A stretch of DNA of 64,000 nucleotides from Octopus sinensis (taxonomy: Eukaryota), in NCBI RefSeq assembly GCF_006345805.1, contig NC_043010.1:2232001-2296000 (forward strand). Direction: 5' to 3'. A program made the translations under genes and the position numbers. Positions 25,581-40,282 of this stretch are shown here, in pieces. Each line of letters begins with the position of its first letter. Positions within the stretch are counted from its first letter, which is position 1. The notes beneath the pieces are model-generated. The model ran no database searches. It was not told the DNA's origin and saw only the letters and a program-made list of their open reading frames with translations.

Positions 25581-26335
25581 TGTATATGTAGATTTATATA
25601 TATATATATATATATATTTATTTATGCATAGTTATATATTATATATGTACATATATAAGATATATATTATGCATGTGTGTTTGTGACTGTGTGTTTATAT
25701 ATATATATATATATACATATATATGACATGATATGAGCATATATCAACAAATATATGAACAATCAACTAGACATAAACAGAAAGTAATGTTTACTAACAC
25801 ACACATGCATATGCACACAACACATGCGCACACACATACACACATGCAAGCATTTCTAGTGAAAACAATCCACCGCATCTCCCACTATGTGATATTGACT
25901 AGCACATGTACACAGCTATCTGCAGTGCATGTAGCACATTGAATTCTCTATATGCTATCTGTGGATTGGATTTTGGCATGCATAAACATGCATATTTATT
26001 CAGACTCCAACCATTACTAGCAGGCAGCTGCACTTAAAAATGCAAGCATATATAAATAGGTTTCTCTCCATGTTGTTGTGGGGTTCTCTATAGTATTTTC
26101 ACTATTGTTTTCCTTCCTATTTTCCAGAATTATTTCTCAAAAATCACACACACATACTTATATACACACACACACATATATATATATATACATACAAATA
26201 TATATATTATATATACACATACATACATATACATATTTATACACACATACATACATGTATATATACATACATATATATATATATAGATATACATACATAT
26301 ACATATTTATACACACATACATGTATACATACATA

Positions 26336-26367
<32 letters not shown>

Positions 26368-26700
26368 CATACGTATATATACACACACACATAACAATAT
26401 ACATACATGCATATATATATATATATACACACACACATACATACATATATATATTCATATACATGTTATATATATACATATATATATATATATGTGTGTA
26501 TATACATTCATATATATATATAAATATACATATGGAAATACATATAAAGATATGCACACACTCATATACATACATATATATATATATATATCAATGCTCA
26601 TATATACACAACTTAGCTCACATGCACACTCATATACATATATACACACTCATACACATAAATATGCATGCATATAAATACTGATATCTAACATGCATTC
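24500..26700. repeat. Long (TA)n/(CA)n/(TATG)n microsatellite fields
   Basis: Direct reading; unique island at 25850-26140. Confidence 0.95.
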
Positions 26701-28073
26701 TTAAGATCACATACTAATTCTTATTTATATATCCATCCATCCATACATACATACATACATATATACACACACACTTACATGCATACATACATACACATAT
26801 GTATGGAAAAAGAGATAGGAAGGGAGTGTGTGATTGTGTGTGTATATACGAGTGCATGTGTATGTTTTTGGAAGTTACAGCTATTCCATACACAAAATAT
26901 TTGTTTATATGACAAATATTTACACATGTTCAAATATATAAACACACATTCACACACACAATATATATATACATATATATATACATATATATATATCTTT
27001 GTATATATATATTTATATGTGAGAGTGTGTGTACGTGTATAAATATATAAAACAATGTATTTGTGTGTGTGGTGTCATGTTTGTATGTGTTTAGTATCAA
27101 GATGTGTATGTGTATGTGTGGTGTATGGTTTAGTTGAAGTAAGTTTCAATTTTACAACTTTCTATTTATGTGTGTGTTTATTAGTTTCTCTGTGTATGTT
27201 TTTGTATGCATAAACATTGCAATATATAAAAGTATGTGTGAGTGGGAGAGAAAGTGAACGTTTGGATTCGCGATGCTTAGAATGCATGTTGCGTGTATGC
27301 ATGTTGTTAGTACATGCCTTTGTTTATGTGCTTGTGAGTTTGTGCGTGAGCAGGTGTATGTGTGAGTGTCAAGAGTAATAAGAGAGAAGGAAACTAAGAA
27401 AGGATGTGTGTGCATGTGTATAGTCATATTTGTGTGTGTATGTGTGTGGTTTATGTTGATTTTCAAATGTACACACTGCTATTATTGAAGCGAGTTGTTC
27501 AGTGCAGAAATATAAACAGAAGCTCCAGTTGAAGAAGCATGATGCTGTGCTGTATCACAACAACAACAAGATTCAACTTCAGCTCCTCCTAACTACTGGT
27601 GTTGTTGAGAGAAGCAAGAAAAGGGGTAGCCATACTTGATTTACTGAATATTAGGGGTCTTGAATAATGAGTAAAGAATAAAGAATAACAGTGTGGTTCC
27701 AGCCTAAGTGATTAAAACTGGGAATGTTTTATTAATATCATAACTGATAATACCTACAAACATACACATACATATTAAATACATATCCATACAAACACAT
27801 TGAGATATATATATATATAAATATAAATATATATACACACACACACAGACATATATATATATATATATATATGTGTATGTGTTTGTGTATATGTGTGTGT
27901 GTAATAACAGAAAGGTACAACATGAATAAAACAATGATAAGTATCAAAAATTTCTCCTATACAAGTAACAAATACTTTGCCCCTTCATGATGTTGTTATT
28001 ATTGTGGGATCTGGTCTCGGCTCAAATACAAGAAATCGTAAAATACTTCATAATCAAAATAACCAACACTCAC

Positions 28074-28620
28074 CTATGTTAGTAAATCCTTTTTTGTTTT
28101 CCAGTGTTTATGTTGTTGTTGTAGTAATAGTAGTAGTAGTTGTAGTTATTTTGCTGTTGTTGTTTTTTGAGTTGAAAATTGTTGTGTGTTAGTTAGTTAG
28201 TTAGTATCTTGGTTGGTGAGCTATTGTTGTTGTTGTTGCTGTTGTAGTAGTTGTATAGTGGTTGTTACTGCTGCTGTTTGTTGTGTGGTAGGCTGCCAGT
28301 TGTTGTTGTTGTTCCTGTTGTTATGATGTAGTTGGGTCTCTTGTTTGAGAATTAATATGTTGGAAAAGGTCTGCAGTCCTATAGAGCGGAGGAGAAAGCG
28401 TGTAGTATGTATGCAATGCCTGCTGCAGCCAATGACAGGCAGGTTCTTGGTTCCCATGGAAGGAAAAACGGAAACCCTGCCACTGACTCCTATAACATAG
28501 AAATAGATTAAACAGAAAGGGATGAGTCATATAGGAAGGAGAAAGAGAAGAATTCTAACATGCATGCGTGCGCGCACTTGCATGCAAACTCGCGCATGAA
28601 AACGCGCACATCGCTACAAT
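28074..28620 (-). promoter_or_regulatory. Candidate promoter and non-coding first exon of a minus-strand gene
   Basis: Consensus donor AG|GTGAGT at 28074/28073; CCAAT 28429-28433, CGGAAA ETS-like site, CpG-rich GCGCATG/GCGCGCAC NRF1-like cluster 28560-28610. Confidence 0.45.
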
Positions 28621-29761
28621 CATACTACTACAAACATTTTTGCATAATATACACTATATATATATATAATATATACAAACAGAGCCATAAGCATGCATTT
28701 TTAAAGTAAGGCATGCATGTATGTAGAGAAAAGCGCGCACGCAGTTACAAATATATTACAACAAAAATTTTTGTGTAATATACACAAGGTATATAATATA
28801 TACTAACAGAAGCATGTATTTTTAATGCATGGCATGAAAGTATATAGAAAAAGTAAGTTTTGGAAAACAAATACAATTTGCCATATTTTACAATTCTGGA
28901 CAATCAAATACGGTTTACGCAACAACAAAACAAAATAGATCTTGTATTTATTTATTTTTCTTCAGTTTCTGTTTGGAAAGCGCACAAAAACATACACATT
29001 GATCATCATAATCACCGCAACTATTTTCATCATCATCATCACATCAGCCATCACAGTCACCACCTCCACCACCTCAACTGCTTTTTCATCATCATCATCA
29101 TCAAAATCATTAACACCCTAAATAATAACAACAACAGCCACCATCACCATCGTCATGATAATCATCACTTACATCATTAGCACCCTAAATAACCACAACT
29201 ATAACAATAACAACAGCAGTCACCCTCACCACCACTAATGTGTACTATGCATTATACACAACGCACACAGCAGTACCAATAATAATAACAAGCATAAAAG
29301 TCATTGAGTAATCCAATATTTATTTACAACTAGAAAAGGGGTTGACATGCTAGCAGCAGCAGCAGCAGCAGCAACAACGCTACAACTACTACTACTATTA
29401 CTACTAGAGATATTGTATATACATGTGCACATGTGAATGTGTATGCGTATGCGTAAGAGAGTGTGTGTGTATAGATAGATAGACACACACACACACACAC
29501 ACTCATGCATACATATATATTTGTACATACACACATGCATACATACATTTATACTGACACACACACACACACACACATACATACATATGTATGTGTGCAC
29601 TCACATAAAGATGCGCTCACACAAACATACACACATACACATGCACACATGCATACATACATGTGTGTGTGTACTCTCACACACATGCACACACACACAC
29701 ATGCACACACACACACATATACACACACACATACACATACACACACACATAAACACACACA

Positions 29762-29828
<67 letters not shown>

Positions 29829-29968
29829 GCAGTAGCAAGGCAAGATAAAACAAAAATACACGGAACAGGATGGAAAAGATAAAAACTAACAAAACAGAAA
29901 ACATGACAGCAAAAAACTTTAAACAAAACAAAACAAAACAAAAAAATCAAACAAATAAATAGGGAAGT

Positions 29969-30004
<36 letters not shown>

Positions 30005-30545
30005 CACAAATAAAAAAAAGGGTGAAAACAATAAAGAAAAACGACAAAAAATAACAGATTATAAAAAGAACACAAACAAAAATTATACACGAAAAAGAAA
30101 AGACAAAAATAAAACAAAACACAAACAAGAAAAGCTCCATCAATTTTTCATGTTCATTACTTGGAAAATATAAAGTAGCATTGGACGAAAGATTGCATAT
30201 AGAATTAGGGGCCAAAAACAGGTTCTAGCGGAGTACCAGGAATAGAGATTTATATTACGTGTAGGAGTAAACAGATCAATAGCACTGAACGGAAATTATT
30301 GATTATTTTTCAATACTATAGCATAGCGATCATTTACAACTTTAACAAATTTTTTTTTTCTTATTTTTATTCATTTATTTGGGTTTTTTTTTTTCGAAGG
30401 GGGTTTTTCGGTTTTTCTTCTTGCCGTTACCAACCACCCTACCTTTGTAAAAATATTTCATTATTATCATCTTATCAATGAATATTTTTCTGCAGGCAAC
30501 CCGTTGCCTGAAGCTGTTGTGTATATACATGTGCACATGTGAATT

Positions 30546-30576
<31 letters not shown>

Positions 30577-30664
30577 GTATACAAAGAGAGAGTTACATGT
30601 ATAAATACACACATATTTACACTGATATATGTATATATATATATATATATATATGCATTTATAC

Positions 30665-30718
<54 letters not shown>

Positions 30719-32397
30719 GTATAAATGCATATATATATATACATATATATATGCACACAGGCACATAAACACACATATAATTATGTATAATCACACATTC
30801 ACGTATTCAGATTCCTTCTTAGGATGTTTTCTAACAAGGAACAAGCTAACACACATTCTTGTACTTGTTCCAGTCATCTACTGCAGCCATGCTGGAGCAC
30901 CACCTTTTAACCAAAGAAATCAACCCCAGGACTTATCCTTTGCAAGCCAGGTACTTATTCTATCGGTCCATCTGGCTGAGCTGCAAAGTCACCGGAACAT
31001 AAACACACCAACATCAGTTGTCAAGGCTATAGTAGAAGACACTTGACCAAGGTGCCATGCAGCAGGACTGAACCCAGAACCATGTGGCTGAAAAGCAAGC
31101 TTCTTACCACACATTGTTTATAGTGTTTAGCCCAAGGGTGGTTTTTACTAATCAGACCTATAACTGAAGGCATCCCAGCTATGGCCATCCTACCTTTTAA
31201 ATGGGGTCAAGGACTATGTTATATAATGTGCTTTCATTATATAAAATAATATGGTATGACTTTGGTGAAGATTTGGTTGCTATTTCTAGCAGATCTAATG
31301 AATATGTGGAGCCCCTAAACATCATCTTGTTTCATGTGTGCTGTTTACGTTTGTGTGTGTGTGTGCATGTATGTGCATTGCTTGCACATGCATATATGTG
31401 TATAACCATGTGTCAGTCATATGCGTATGTATGCACACATATATAATCGTGTATGTGCTTGTTCAGATATGCTCATATGTATGTGAATGTATGTTTATAT
31501 AATGCCTATGTATATGTGTGAGTGTGTGTGTGTGTATGTGTGTGTGTTTGTATGTGTGTGCGTGTGTGTGACATTAATATTCATTGATATCAGGATTACA
31601 TAAAGCCAACAAGAAATGTTTCAGTTTTATCACACATCACACCATCTACTGCATTTACCGCTATTTACTATACTCTGTTAAACTCTACACACTACATACC
31701 ACACCCTACACACTATACATTTCAAATACTCTACACAGACTACTATAGTACACACTATACAATATACACAACACAGTTCATACTATACTTTCCATACAAA
31801 ACACTGCATGATGCAAGATGGTACACCCTATACACACAATGTTGCGCACTACACACAAAATGCTGCAGATCAGACACATGGATATGTTTGCAGGGAACAG
31901 CCTAGGATACTTACGCGTCACAGTATAAGTTTACAACTTCATTCACACTCACACACATACACATTCACACACAAGACCGTCAGCAGAGCTCTGTATCTCT
32001 CACTTTCCTCAGGCTCTCTCACTCTATCTCTTTCTCTCTCTTTCTCTCTAATATAAACAACTAAATTAATCATTATTATTAAAAGTTTGGGATAAAATAA
32101 TAAATGTTAAATATCAGCATCATCATCGCTGTCGCTGTTTAATGCCTGTTCTCTAGCCTGGCATGGGTGGCTTGGCTTAGCAGGAGCTGATGACAAGCCA
32201 GAACACTATATCAAGCCCCTAATGTTTGCTTTGGCATGGCTTCTAGGGTTTTGATGCCCTTCCTAATGCCAACCACTTCAGAGTGTACTGAGTGCTTTTT
32301 ACATGGCTTTGGCACTAGTGATGACACCAAGGTACTCTCAAGAAAAGACCTTTCAACTGAAGTGGGGTGGGGTAAACATGTACACACACACATGTAA

Positions 32398-32459
<62 letters not shown>

Positions 32460-32553
32460 TATATAGTCTAGTTCACTCAGCAGTAGAAATAAGTTATATC
32501 ACTGGGCCCAAGCTGTGTGTGTGTGTGTCAGTGTGTCTATGTATATATGTTGT

Positions 32554-32584
<31 letters not shown>

Positions 32585-32677
32585 ACAAGAGAAAGAGAGC
32601 AATTATGTGTTCATGTGAATGTGTGTGTACTTGGCTTTGTGGGGGGGGGCTTATATTTATGAGGGTGTTTTTTTTAA

Positions 32678-32729
<52 letters not shown>

Positions 32730-32731
<2 letters not shown>

Positions 32732-32946
32732 AAGGGGTGCTGAAAAGTCCTTGGCCTTAAGGGTATCATGGAAGGTCTGGTTGGGGGCCCAACCTTCCAA
32801 GTTCTTTTACAGGGCTTAGTAAAACTGAAGGACCACTGCGATAAGTGTAAGAATCTGGGAGAGGAAAATGCTGAATAAAATCCTAATTAACTGACCCTCC
32901 TGTATTGTCTTTTACTCAAAGCCAGGAACTTTTCAGCACTCCTTCA
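32730..32946 (+). mobile_element. Mariner-derived MITE
   Basis: TIRs aaggggtgctgaaaagtccttggc / gccaggaacttttcagcactcctt; second copy in opposite orientation at 35662-35874. Confidence 0.88.
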
Positions 32947-33634
32947 TATACATGGCAGAGATGTACATGTGTGTCTGAGTGTCAATTGCATATGAAAAAG
33001 GAAAAGAGAAAGGACAGGCAGGTACAGAGACATTTGCATGTGTACACATGAACGGATATAAGCATACTGAGAAAAGCAACATGTATACAAACACATACAT
33101 AATATACGCACAATTATATATACAATATATTAGTGGATGTATTGGTAAATGTGCATGTGGATGTGACCATTTAAGTGGAAATAAGTGGAAATGCCACTTG
33201 CAAAAATGATATTTTCACACACAAACACACACACAACATGTAAATGTATTGGTTAATTAATGTATATTGATTAATGTCAATATGAACAAATTTAATAGCA
33301 ACAATTAGAAGTACACATTAACAAAAACACCCTCATAAATACAAGCCCCGCTACAAAGTAAGGTACACACACATTCACACGAAAACACAGTTTCTCTCTT
33401 TTTCTCTTCCTCTCTCTCTCTCTCTCTGTTAATAACACTCACACACATACACAATACAGCTGAGTGAACTAGAGCAACATAAAAGTAAAGAAAATGTCTT
33501 GTTCAAGAACACAACACACGTCCCAGTCCAGGAATTGAACTTGCAACCTCACAACTATAAGCCAGACTACCCACTGAGCCATATGCTTTCATATATACAC
33601 ACACATCCACTAATATGTATATATATACTCCTAA

Positions 33635-33788
33635 CGCGGAGTGGTTGGCGTTAGGAAGGACATCCAGCGGTAGAAACACTGCCAGATCAGACTGGAGCCT
33701 GGTGCAGCCCCTGGCTTCCCAGACCCCGGTCGAACCGTCCAACCCGTGCTAGCACGGAAAACGGATGTCAAACGATGATGATGATGAT
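33635..33788 (+). mobile_element. Young family C copy
   Basis: CpG-retaining; 3' ~100 bp nearly identical to 35193-35298. Confidence 0.85.
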
Positions 33789-34287
33789 ATATATATATAT
33801 GTGTGTGTGTTTGTATTGTATGTATGTATATTAGTGGATGTATAGGTAAATGAGCATGTGGCTGTAACCATTTAAGTGGAAATGCCACACTTGCGCAAAC
33901 ATATTTTCACATACACACACAGATGCATAAACATAACCAGCATATAGTTTCACACACACACATACACACACATTCACACACACACATACACACATATTCA
34001 CAAACACACATTCACACGCTTTCTGTATGCGCGCTCTCTCCCTCTCTCTGATTTAACAAATTACACGCACACAAACTTTCAAACAAGTATACATAATGAA
34101 GACACATTGATTACTTTAACTTCTTCATGGACCCCATAGAAAGGTCAGTGTAAAGGCAGAGTCCCGAATTTCAAGTCAATCTGATAAGCGCCAGGCACAA
34201 AACATTTGGCCCTTGTGTCAATTTGTAGCTGCTGCTGATTACAAGTAAAAAAAAACAAAATGTTCCTGGATCTACATTACCACACAT

Positions 34288-34697
34288 CCATGGCTGTTCA
34301 GTGATATGTTTGCCTCCCAATCACATGACTCCAGGTTCAGTCCCACTGCGTGGTACTTTCAGCAAATTTCTTCTGCTATAGCCCTGGGCTGACCACAGCC
34401 TTATGAGTAGATTTGGTAGACAGAAACTGACAGAAGCCCATCATGTGTGCGTGTGTGTGTATATATATTCTTTTATTCTTTTACTTGTTTCAGTCATTTG
34501 TGACCATGTTGGAGCACCACCTTTAGTCAAACAAATCAACCCCAGGATTTATTCTTTGTAAGCCAAGTACATATTCTATGGATCTCTTTTGCTAAACTGC
34601 TAAGTTACAGGGACATAAACACACCAACATCAGTTGTTAAGTGATAGTGGTTAGGGGACAAATACAGACACACATATACACACACTTACACACACAC

Positions 34698-34745
<48 letters not shown>

Positions 34746-34890
34746 CATGATTCTTTCGGTTTCTGTCTACTAAATCCACTCACAAGGCTTTGGTTGGCCT
34801 AAGGTTATAGTAGAAGGCACTTGCCAAAGGTGCCATGCAGTGGGACTGAAACCGGAACCATGTGATTGGGAAGCAAGTTTTCCTACCACA
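34288..34890. mobile_element. SINE A 5' half (+) facing a full SINE A (-)
   Basis: Head 34288-34445 on plus; full copy 34468-34890 on minus. Confidence 0.85.
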
Positions 34891-35661
34891 CAGCCACTCC
34901 TGTGCCTAGTAAAAGAACTGCTTTTGCCCACATGGGTATACAATACTAAGAGGCATCTAGTGTTGGTTTGTTTACATTCTCATCACTCAGTAGTTTGCCA
35001 AAACACACCACTAAGTACCAGGCTTTAAGTAAGTAAGTACTGGGGTCAATTTATTTGACTAAAGTGTCATGCCAGTGCCCCAGCATGGTCACAGTCCACT
35101 AACTAGAAAAAGTAAAACAATATAAATACATAAATATGCATATATATGTGTATGTGTGTAAATGTGTGCATATATATATATATGTAGAATCTCTGCCAGA
35201 TCAGACTGGAGCCTGGTGCAGCTCCTGGCTTCCCAGACCCCGGTCGAACCGTCCAACCCGTGCTAGCACGGAAAACAGACGTTAAACGATGATGATGATA
35301 TATATATAACTAAATACACACATATTCTTTTACTTGTTTCAGTCATTGAACTGCGGCTATGCTGGGGGCACTGCTTTGAACTGTTTACTCGAGCAGATCA
35401 ACCCAGTACTTATTTTCTTCAAGTGCAGTACCTTTTTCTTTTGCCAAGAGATGTAAACAAACCAATATGGGATATCATGCAGTGACAGGGCAAGATAAGC
35501 TTCCATGCAATTTTCATCCACCCAATTTACTCACAAGGCATTCGCTGGCCTGGTCTTATTGTTAAAGACACTTTCACAAGGTACTGCACAGTGGGACTGA
35601 ACCCAAAACTACATAGCTGCAAAGCAGGCTAATTAACCACACAGCTACATAATTATATGTC

Positions 35662-35874
35662 TATGAAGGTGTGCTGAAAAGTTCCTGGCTTTGGGTAAAT
35701 TAAAATATAGGAGGATCAGTTAATTAGAATTTTATTCAACATATTACCCTCCCAGATTCACACACTTATTGCAGTGGTCCTTCAGCTTTTCTAAGCCCTG
35801 TAAAAGAACTCAGAAGGTTGGGCCTCCAACCAGGACTTTTGTGACACCCTTAAAAGCTAGGAACTTTTCATCAC
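35662..35874 (-). mobile_element. Mariner-derived MITE, second copy
   Basis: Reverse complement of 32730-32946. Confidence 0.85.
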
Positions 35875-35939
35875 AAAGTCTTACATCTATCTATCTATCT
35901 ATCTATCTATCTGTCTGTCTGTCTATATATCGATCTATC

Positions 35940-35991
<52 letters not shown>

Positions 35992-36079
35992 ATATATATG
36001 CATACGTATGTATATATATGGACAACGAATGTTAAATGATGAAGATGATGATGATGATGGTGATATATGTATATATAGA

Positions 36080-36488
36080 TGTAGGTGTGGCTGTGTGGCG
36101 AGAAGCTTGTTTCCCAACCACAGGGTTCCTCATTCAGTCCCACAGCATGGCAACTTGGGTAAGTATCTCCTACCATAGTTTTGGGCCAACCAATGCTTCG
36201 TGAGTGGATTTGGTAGATGGGAACTGAAAGAAGCCTGTTGTACGTATATATATGTGTGTGTGTATCTAAGTGGGTGTGTTACTGTGTCTGTGCTTGTCCT
36301 ACCATCACCACTTGACAACCAGTGTTGGTTTGTTTTAATCCCTGTAACTTAGCACTTCAGCAAAAGAGAACAATAGAATAAGTACTAGGCTTAAAAAGTA
36401 AGTCCTGGGGTCAATTTGTTTGACTAAAGCCCTTCAGGGTGGTGCTCCAGCATGGCAGCAGTCAAATGACCGAAACAAGTAAAAGAAT
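36080..36488 (+). mobile_element. SINE family A, full length
   Basis: Head, CORE-like segment, central (TG)n and 3' gaaacaagtaaaaga all present. Confidence 0.87.
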
Positions 36489-36779
36489 ACACACACGCAC
36501 TAACACAAACACACACTTACAAACACACAAGTATAAACACGCATACACACTCACACATACTCGCAGTCATATATACATAGAGAAATATCCACACATGTAT
36601 ACATCCATTCAGACAGTGCAGTTGCTACAAGCTCTCATTGTTATTCTGTGCTGAGACTGGTGCATGCTGGATTGTTTATACACACATACATGTGCTGTCA
36701 ATTCACACCTACTTTCACTATATTATTTATTTATATATGCATCTATCATTTATGCCTAGTGAGTGGATATGTGTCTGTG

Positions 36780-37945
36780 CGTGTGCCTGTGTGTGTATAT
36801 ATATGTATAAGTCTATGTGAATTTATGTGTATATACACATGTGTGTGTGTGCATGTATATATGTCTGTATATTCATGTATACATATATACAGGCACCCAG
36901 TTATAAATATGTATATATATATACATACTCTGTGTGTATCTAGCTAAGTAGTTGTGTGTGAGTGCATGAGTGTGTTTGTGTGTGTGTGCATGTGTGTGTG
37001 TGTATATATATGTATAAGTCTATGTGAATTTATATGTATATACATGTGTGTGTGTGTGTGTGTGCATGTATATATGTCTGAATATTCATGCATACATATA
37101 TACAGGCACCCAGTTATATATATTTACATACTCTGTGTGTATCTAGCTAAGTAGTAGTGTATGAGTGCATGAGTGTGCTTGTGTGTGTGTGTGTGTGCAT
37201 GTGTGTGTGTGTGTGTATATATGTATAAGTCTATGTGAATTTATGTGTATATACACATGTGTGTGTGTGCATGTATATATGTCTGTATATTCATGTATAC
37301 ATATATACAGGCACCCAGTTATAAATATGTATATATATATACATACTCTGTGTGTATCTAGCTAAGTAGTTGTGTGTGAGTGCATGAGTGTGTTTGTGTG
37401 TGTGTGCATGTGTGTGTGTGTGTATATATATGTATAAGTCTATGTGAATTTATATGTATATACATGTGTGTGTGTGTGTGTGTGCATGTATATATGTCTG
37501 AATATTCATGCATACATATATACAGGCACCCAGTTATATATATTTACATACTCTGTGTGTATCTAGCTAAGTAGTAGTGTATGAGTGCATGAGTGTGCTT
37601 GTGTGTGTGTGTGTGCATGTGTGTGTGTGTGTATATATATGTATAAGTCTATGTGAATTTGTGTGTATATATACACGTGTGTGTGTGTGCATGTATATAT
37701 GTCTGTATATTCATGCATATATATATACAGGCACCCAGTTATCTAAGTAGTTGTGTGTGTGTGTGTGTATATGTATAAGTCTATGTGAATTTGTGTGTAT
37801 ATATACACATGTGTGTGTGTGCATGTATATATGTCTGTATATTCATGCATACATATATACAGGCACCCAGTTATATATATGTATATATATATACATACTC
37901 TGTGTGTATCTTTCTAAGTAGTTGTGTGTGTGTGTGTGTGTGTGT
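36780..37945. repeat. Tandem array of six ~130-215-bp microsatellite-derived units
   Basis: Anchor aggcacccagtt at 36891, 37104, 37309, 37524, 37729, 37861. Confidence 0.93.
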
Positions 37946-38692
37946 ATCTTTGCATAAACACAGGCGTGCACACATGTGAAAACAATGCACACACAAACAC
38001 ACGACCAGCCAAGCAGTTCTGAATATCAAAAAGTTATAGCGTGTATTTATTGATGAGAACTCAATCCATTAATTACTATCAGCTTTAGAAAGTAGAGTGT
38101 TACAATTGTGGAGAAAGAAGAAGGACGAAGAGAGGAAGGAGAGAGAAAGAGGGAGAGGAAGAGGCTGGGTGAAGATGCGGGTATTAAGCCGGGGCTGATT
38201 GGCGTTGGCTAACATTGGGTGTGTGATAAGCAAGTAACATGATGGTTTTCTTAAGAGGCTACTTGGCCACTCAGATATGGCACTGGACAAGCTATCCTAT
38301 TGTCAAGGATATAAACTGAGAGAAACTAGTCCATGTTTGTGAATCTATATGGGAAAGTATCAGGCATACAACAATATGAGTGTGTAGTTGTGTGTATGCA
38401 CACATACATATATCTATATATAGATTTATGCATACACACACACACACACAGATATAAATGAGTGTATACACACCATATTGATATATGTATATATCAATAT
38501 GGTATGTATGCACTCATCATTTATATATACATGCGTGTGTGCGCACATATATCTATATATGTATAGATTAATGCACACATGCATGTACACAAGTATATAC
38601 ATACATTTTTTTCATATACATGCACAAATATTATTATGACACATATGCAAATACATACACAATATCTGTCCATTTATCTGTCTGCTTGACTC

Positions 38693-38775
<83 letters not shown>

Positions 38776-38960
38776 ATATGATAGGCACAGGAGTGGCTGT
38801 GTGGTAAGTAGCTTGCTTACCAACCACATGGTTCCATGTTCAGTCCCACTGCATGGCACCTTGGGCAAATATCGTCTACTATAGCCACGGGCCGACCAAA
38901 GCCTTGTGAGTGGATTTGGTAGACGGAAACTGAAAGAAGCCTGTTGTATATATGTATATG

Positions 38961-38995
<35 letters not shown>

Positions 38996-39322
38996 ATTTG
39001 TCCCTCAACATCACTTGACAACCGATAGTGGTGTGTTTACATCCTCGTAACTTGGCGGTTTGGCAAAAGAGACTGATAGAATAAGTACTAGGCTTACAAA
39101 GATTAAGTCCTGTGGTCGATTTGCTTGACTAAAGGCGGTGTTCCAGCATGGCCACAGTCAAATTTGCTGAAACAAGTAAAAAAGTAAAAGAGAGAGTAAA
39201 GAGTATATATATATATATATATATATACAAAGAGAGAGAGAGAGAGGGGGGTGTATGGTGATGCAAACATGAAAAATAGAACTAAAATTATGTATATTAA
39301 TATTCATATTTGATTAATTTTT

Positions 39323-39433
39323 TAGCAAAAGTAACAGAGTGACTCAAGGTCCAAGAGTTTCGTGTGTTGGCAAGTTTGGTAAGTGCTAATGCACGAGACT
39401 CTTGGATCTTGAGTCATTCTCTTACTTCTGCTA
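39323..39433 (+). repeat. 50-bp-arm hairpin built from two inverted partial hammerhead motifs (copy 1)
   Basis: Arms 39323-39372 and 39384-39433, 11-nt loop; each arm reads stem II-GA(A/G)ACTC...GAGTC. Confidence 0.9.
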
Positions 39434-39465
39434 TATACATATTATAAATACATATATACAGAGAA

Positions 39466-39513
<48 letters not shown>

Positions 39514-39529
39514 GCAAGATAGAGTGAGT

Positions 39530-39583
<54 letters not shown>

Positions 39584-40282
39584 CATGTGTATCTTTTCTA
39601 TCTTTTCATTTATTTTAGTCATTAGACTGTGGTCATACTGGGGCACTGTCTTGAAGAATTTTGGTCAAACAAATCATCCCCACTACACACACATAAACAT
39701 ATATATATATATATATATATAATATATGTGTGTGTGTGTGTATATGATAGGCACAGGAGTGGCTGTGTGGTAAGTAGCTTGCTTACCAACCACATGGTTC
39801 CATGTTCAGTCCCACTGCATGGCACCTTGGGCAAATATCGTCTACTATAGCCACGGGCCGACCAAAGCCTTGTGAGTGGATTTGGTAGACGGAAACTGAA
39901 AGAAGCCTGTTGTATATATGTATATGTATATATATGTGTGTGTGTTTGTGTGTGTGTATTTGTCCCTCAACATCACTTGACAACCGATAGTGGTGTGTTT
40001 ACATCCTCGTAACTTGGCGGTTTGGCAAAAGAGACTGATAGAATAAGTACTAGGCTTACAAAGATTAAGTCCTGTGGTCGATTTGCTTGACTAAAGGCGG
40101 TGTTCCAGCATGGCCACAGTCAAATTTGCTGAAACAAGTAAAAAAGTAAAAGAGAGAGTAAAGAGTATATATATATATATATATATACAAAGAGAGAGAG
40201 AGAGAGGGGGGTGTATGGTGATGCAAACATGAAAAATAGAACTAAAATTATGTATATTAATATTCATATTTGATTAATTTTT

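Noticed and set aside
27590-29350. Similar minus-strand starts MATPFL (27633) and MSTPFL (29348)
   Set aside because: Both stop within about 15 codons; similarity too short to exclude chance
36780-37945. CRISPR-like repeat-spacer array
   Set aside because: Eukaryotic DNA; sequences between anchors are homologous, not unique spacers; no cas genes
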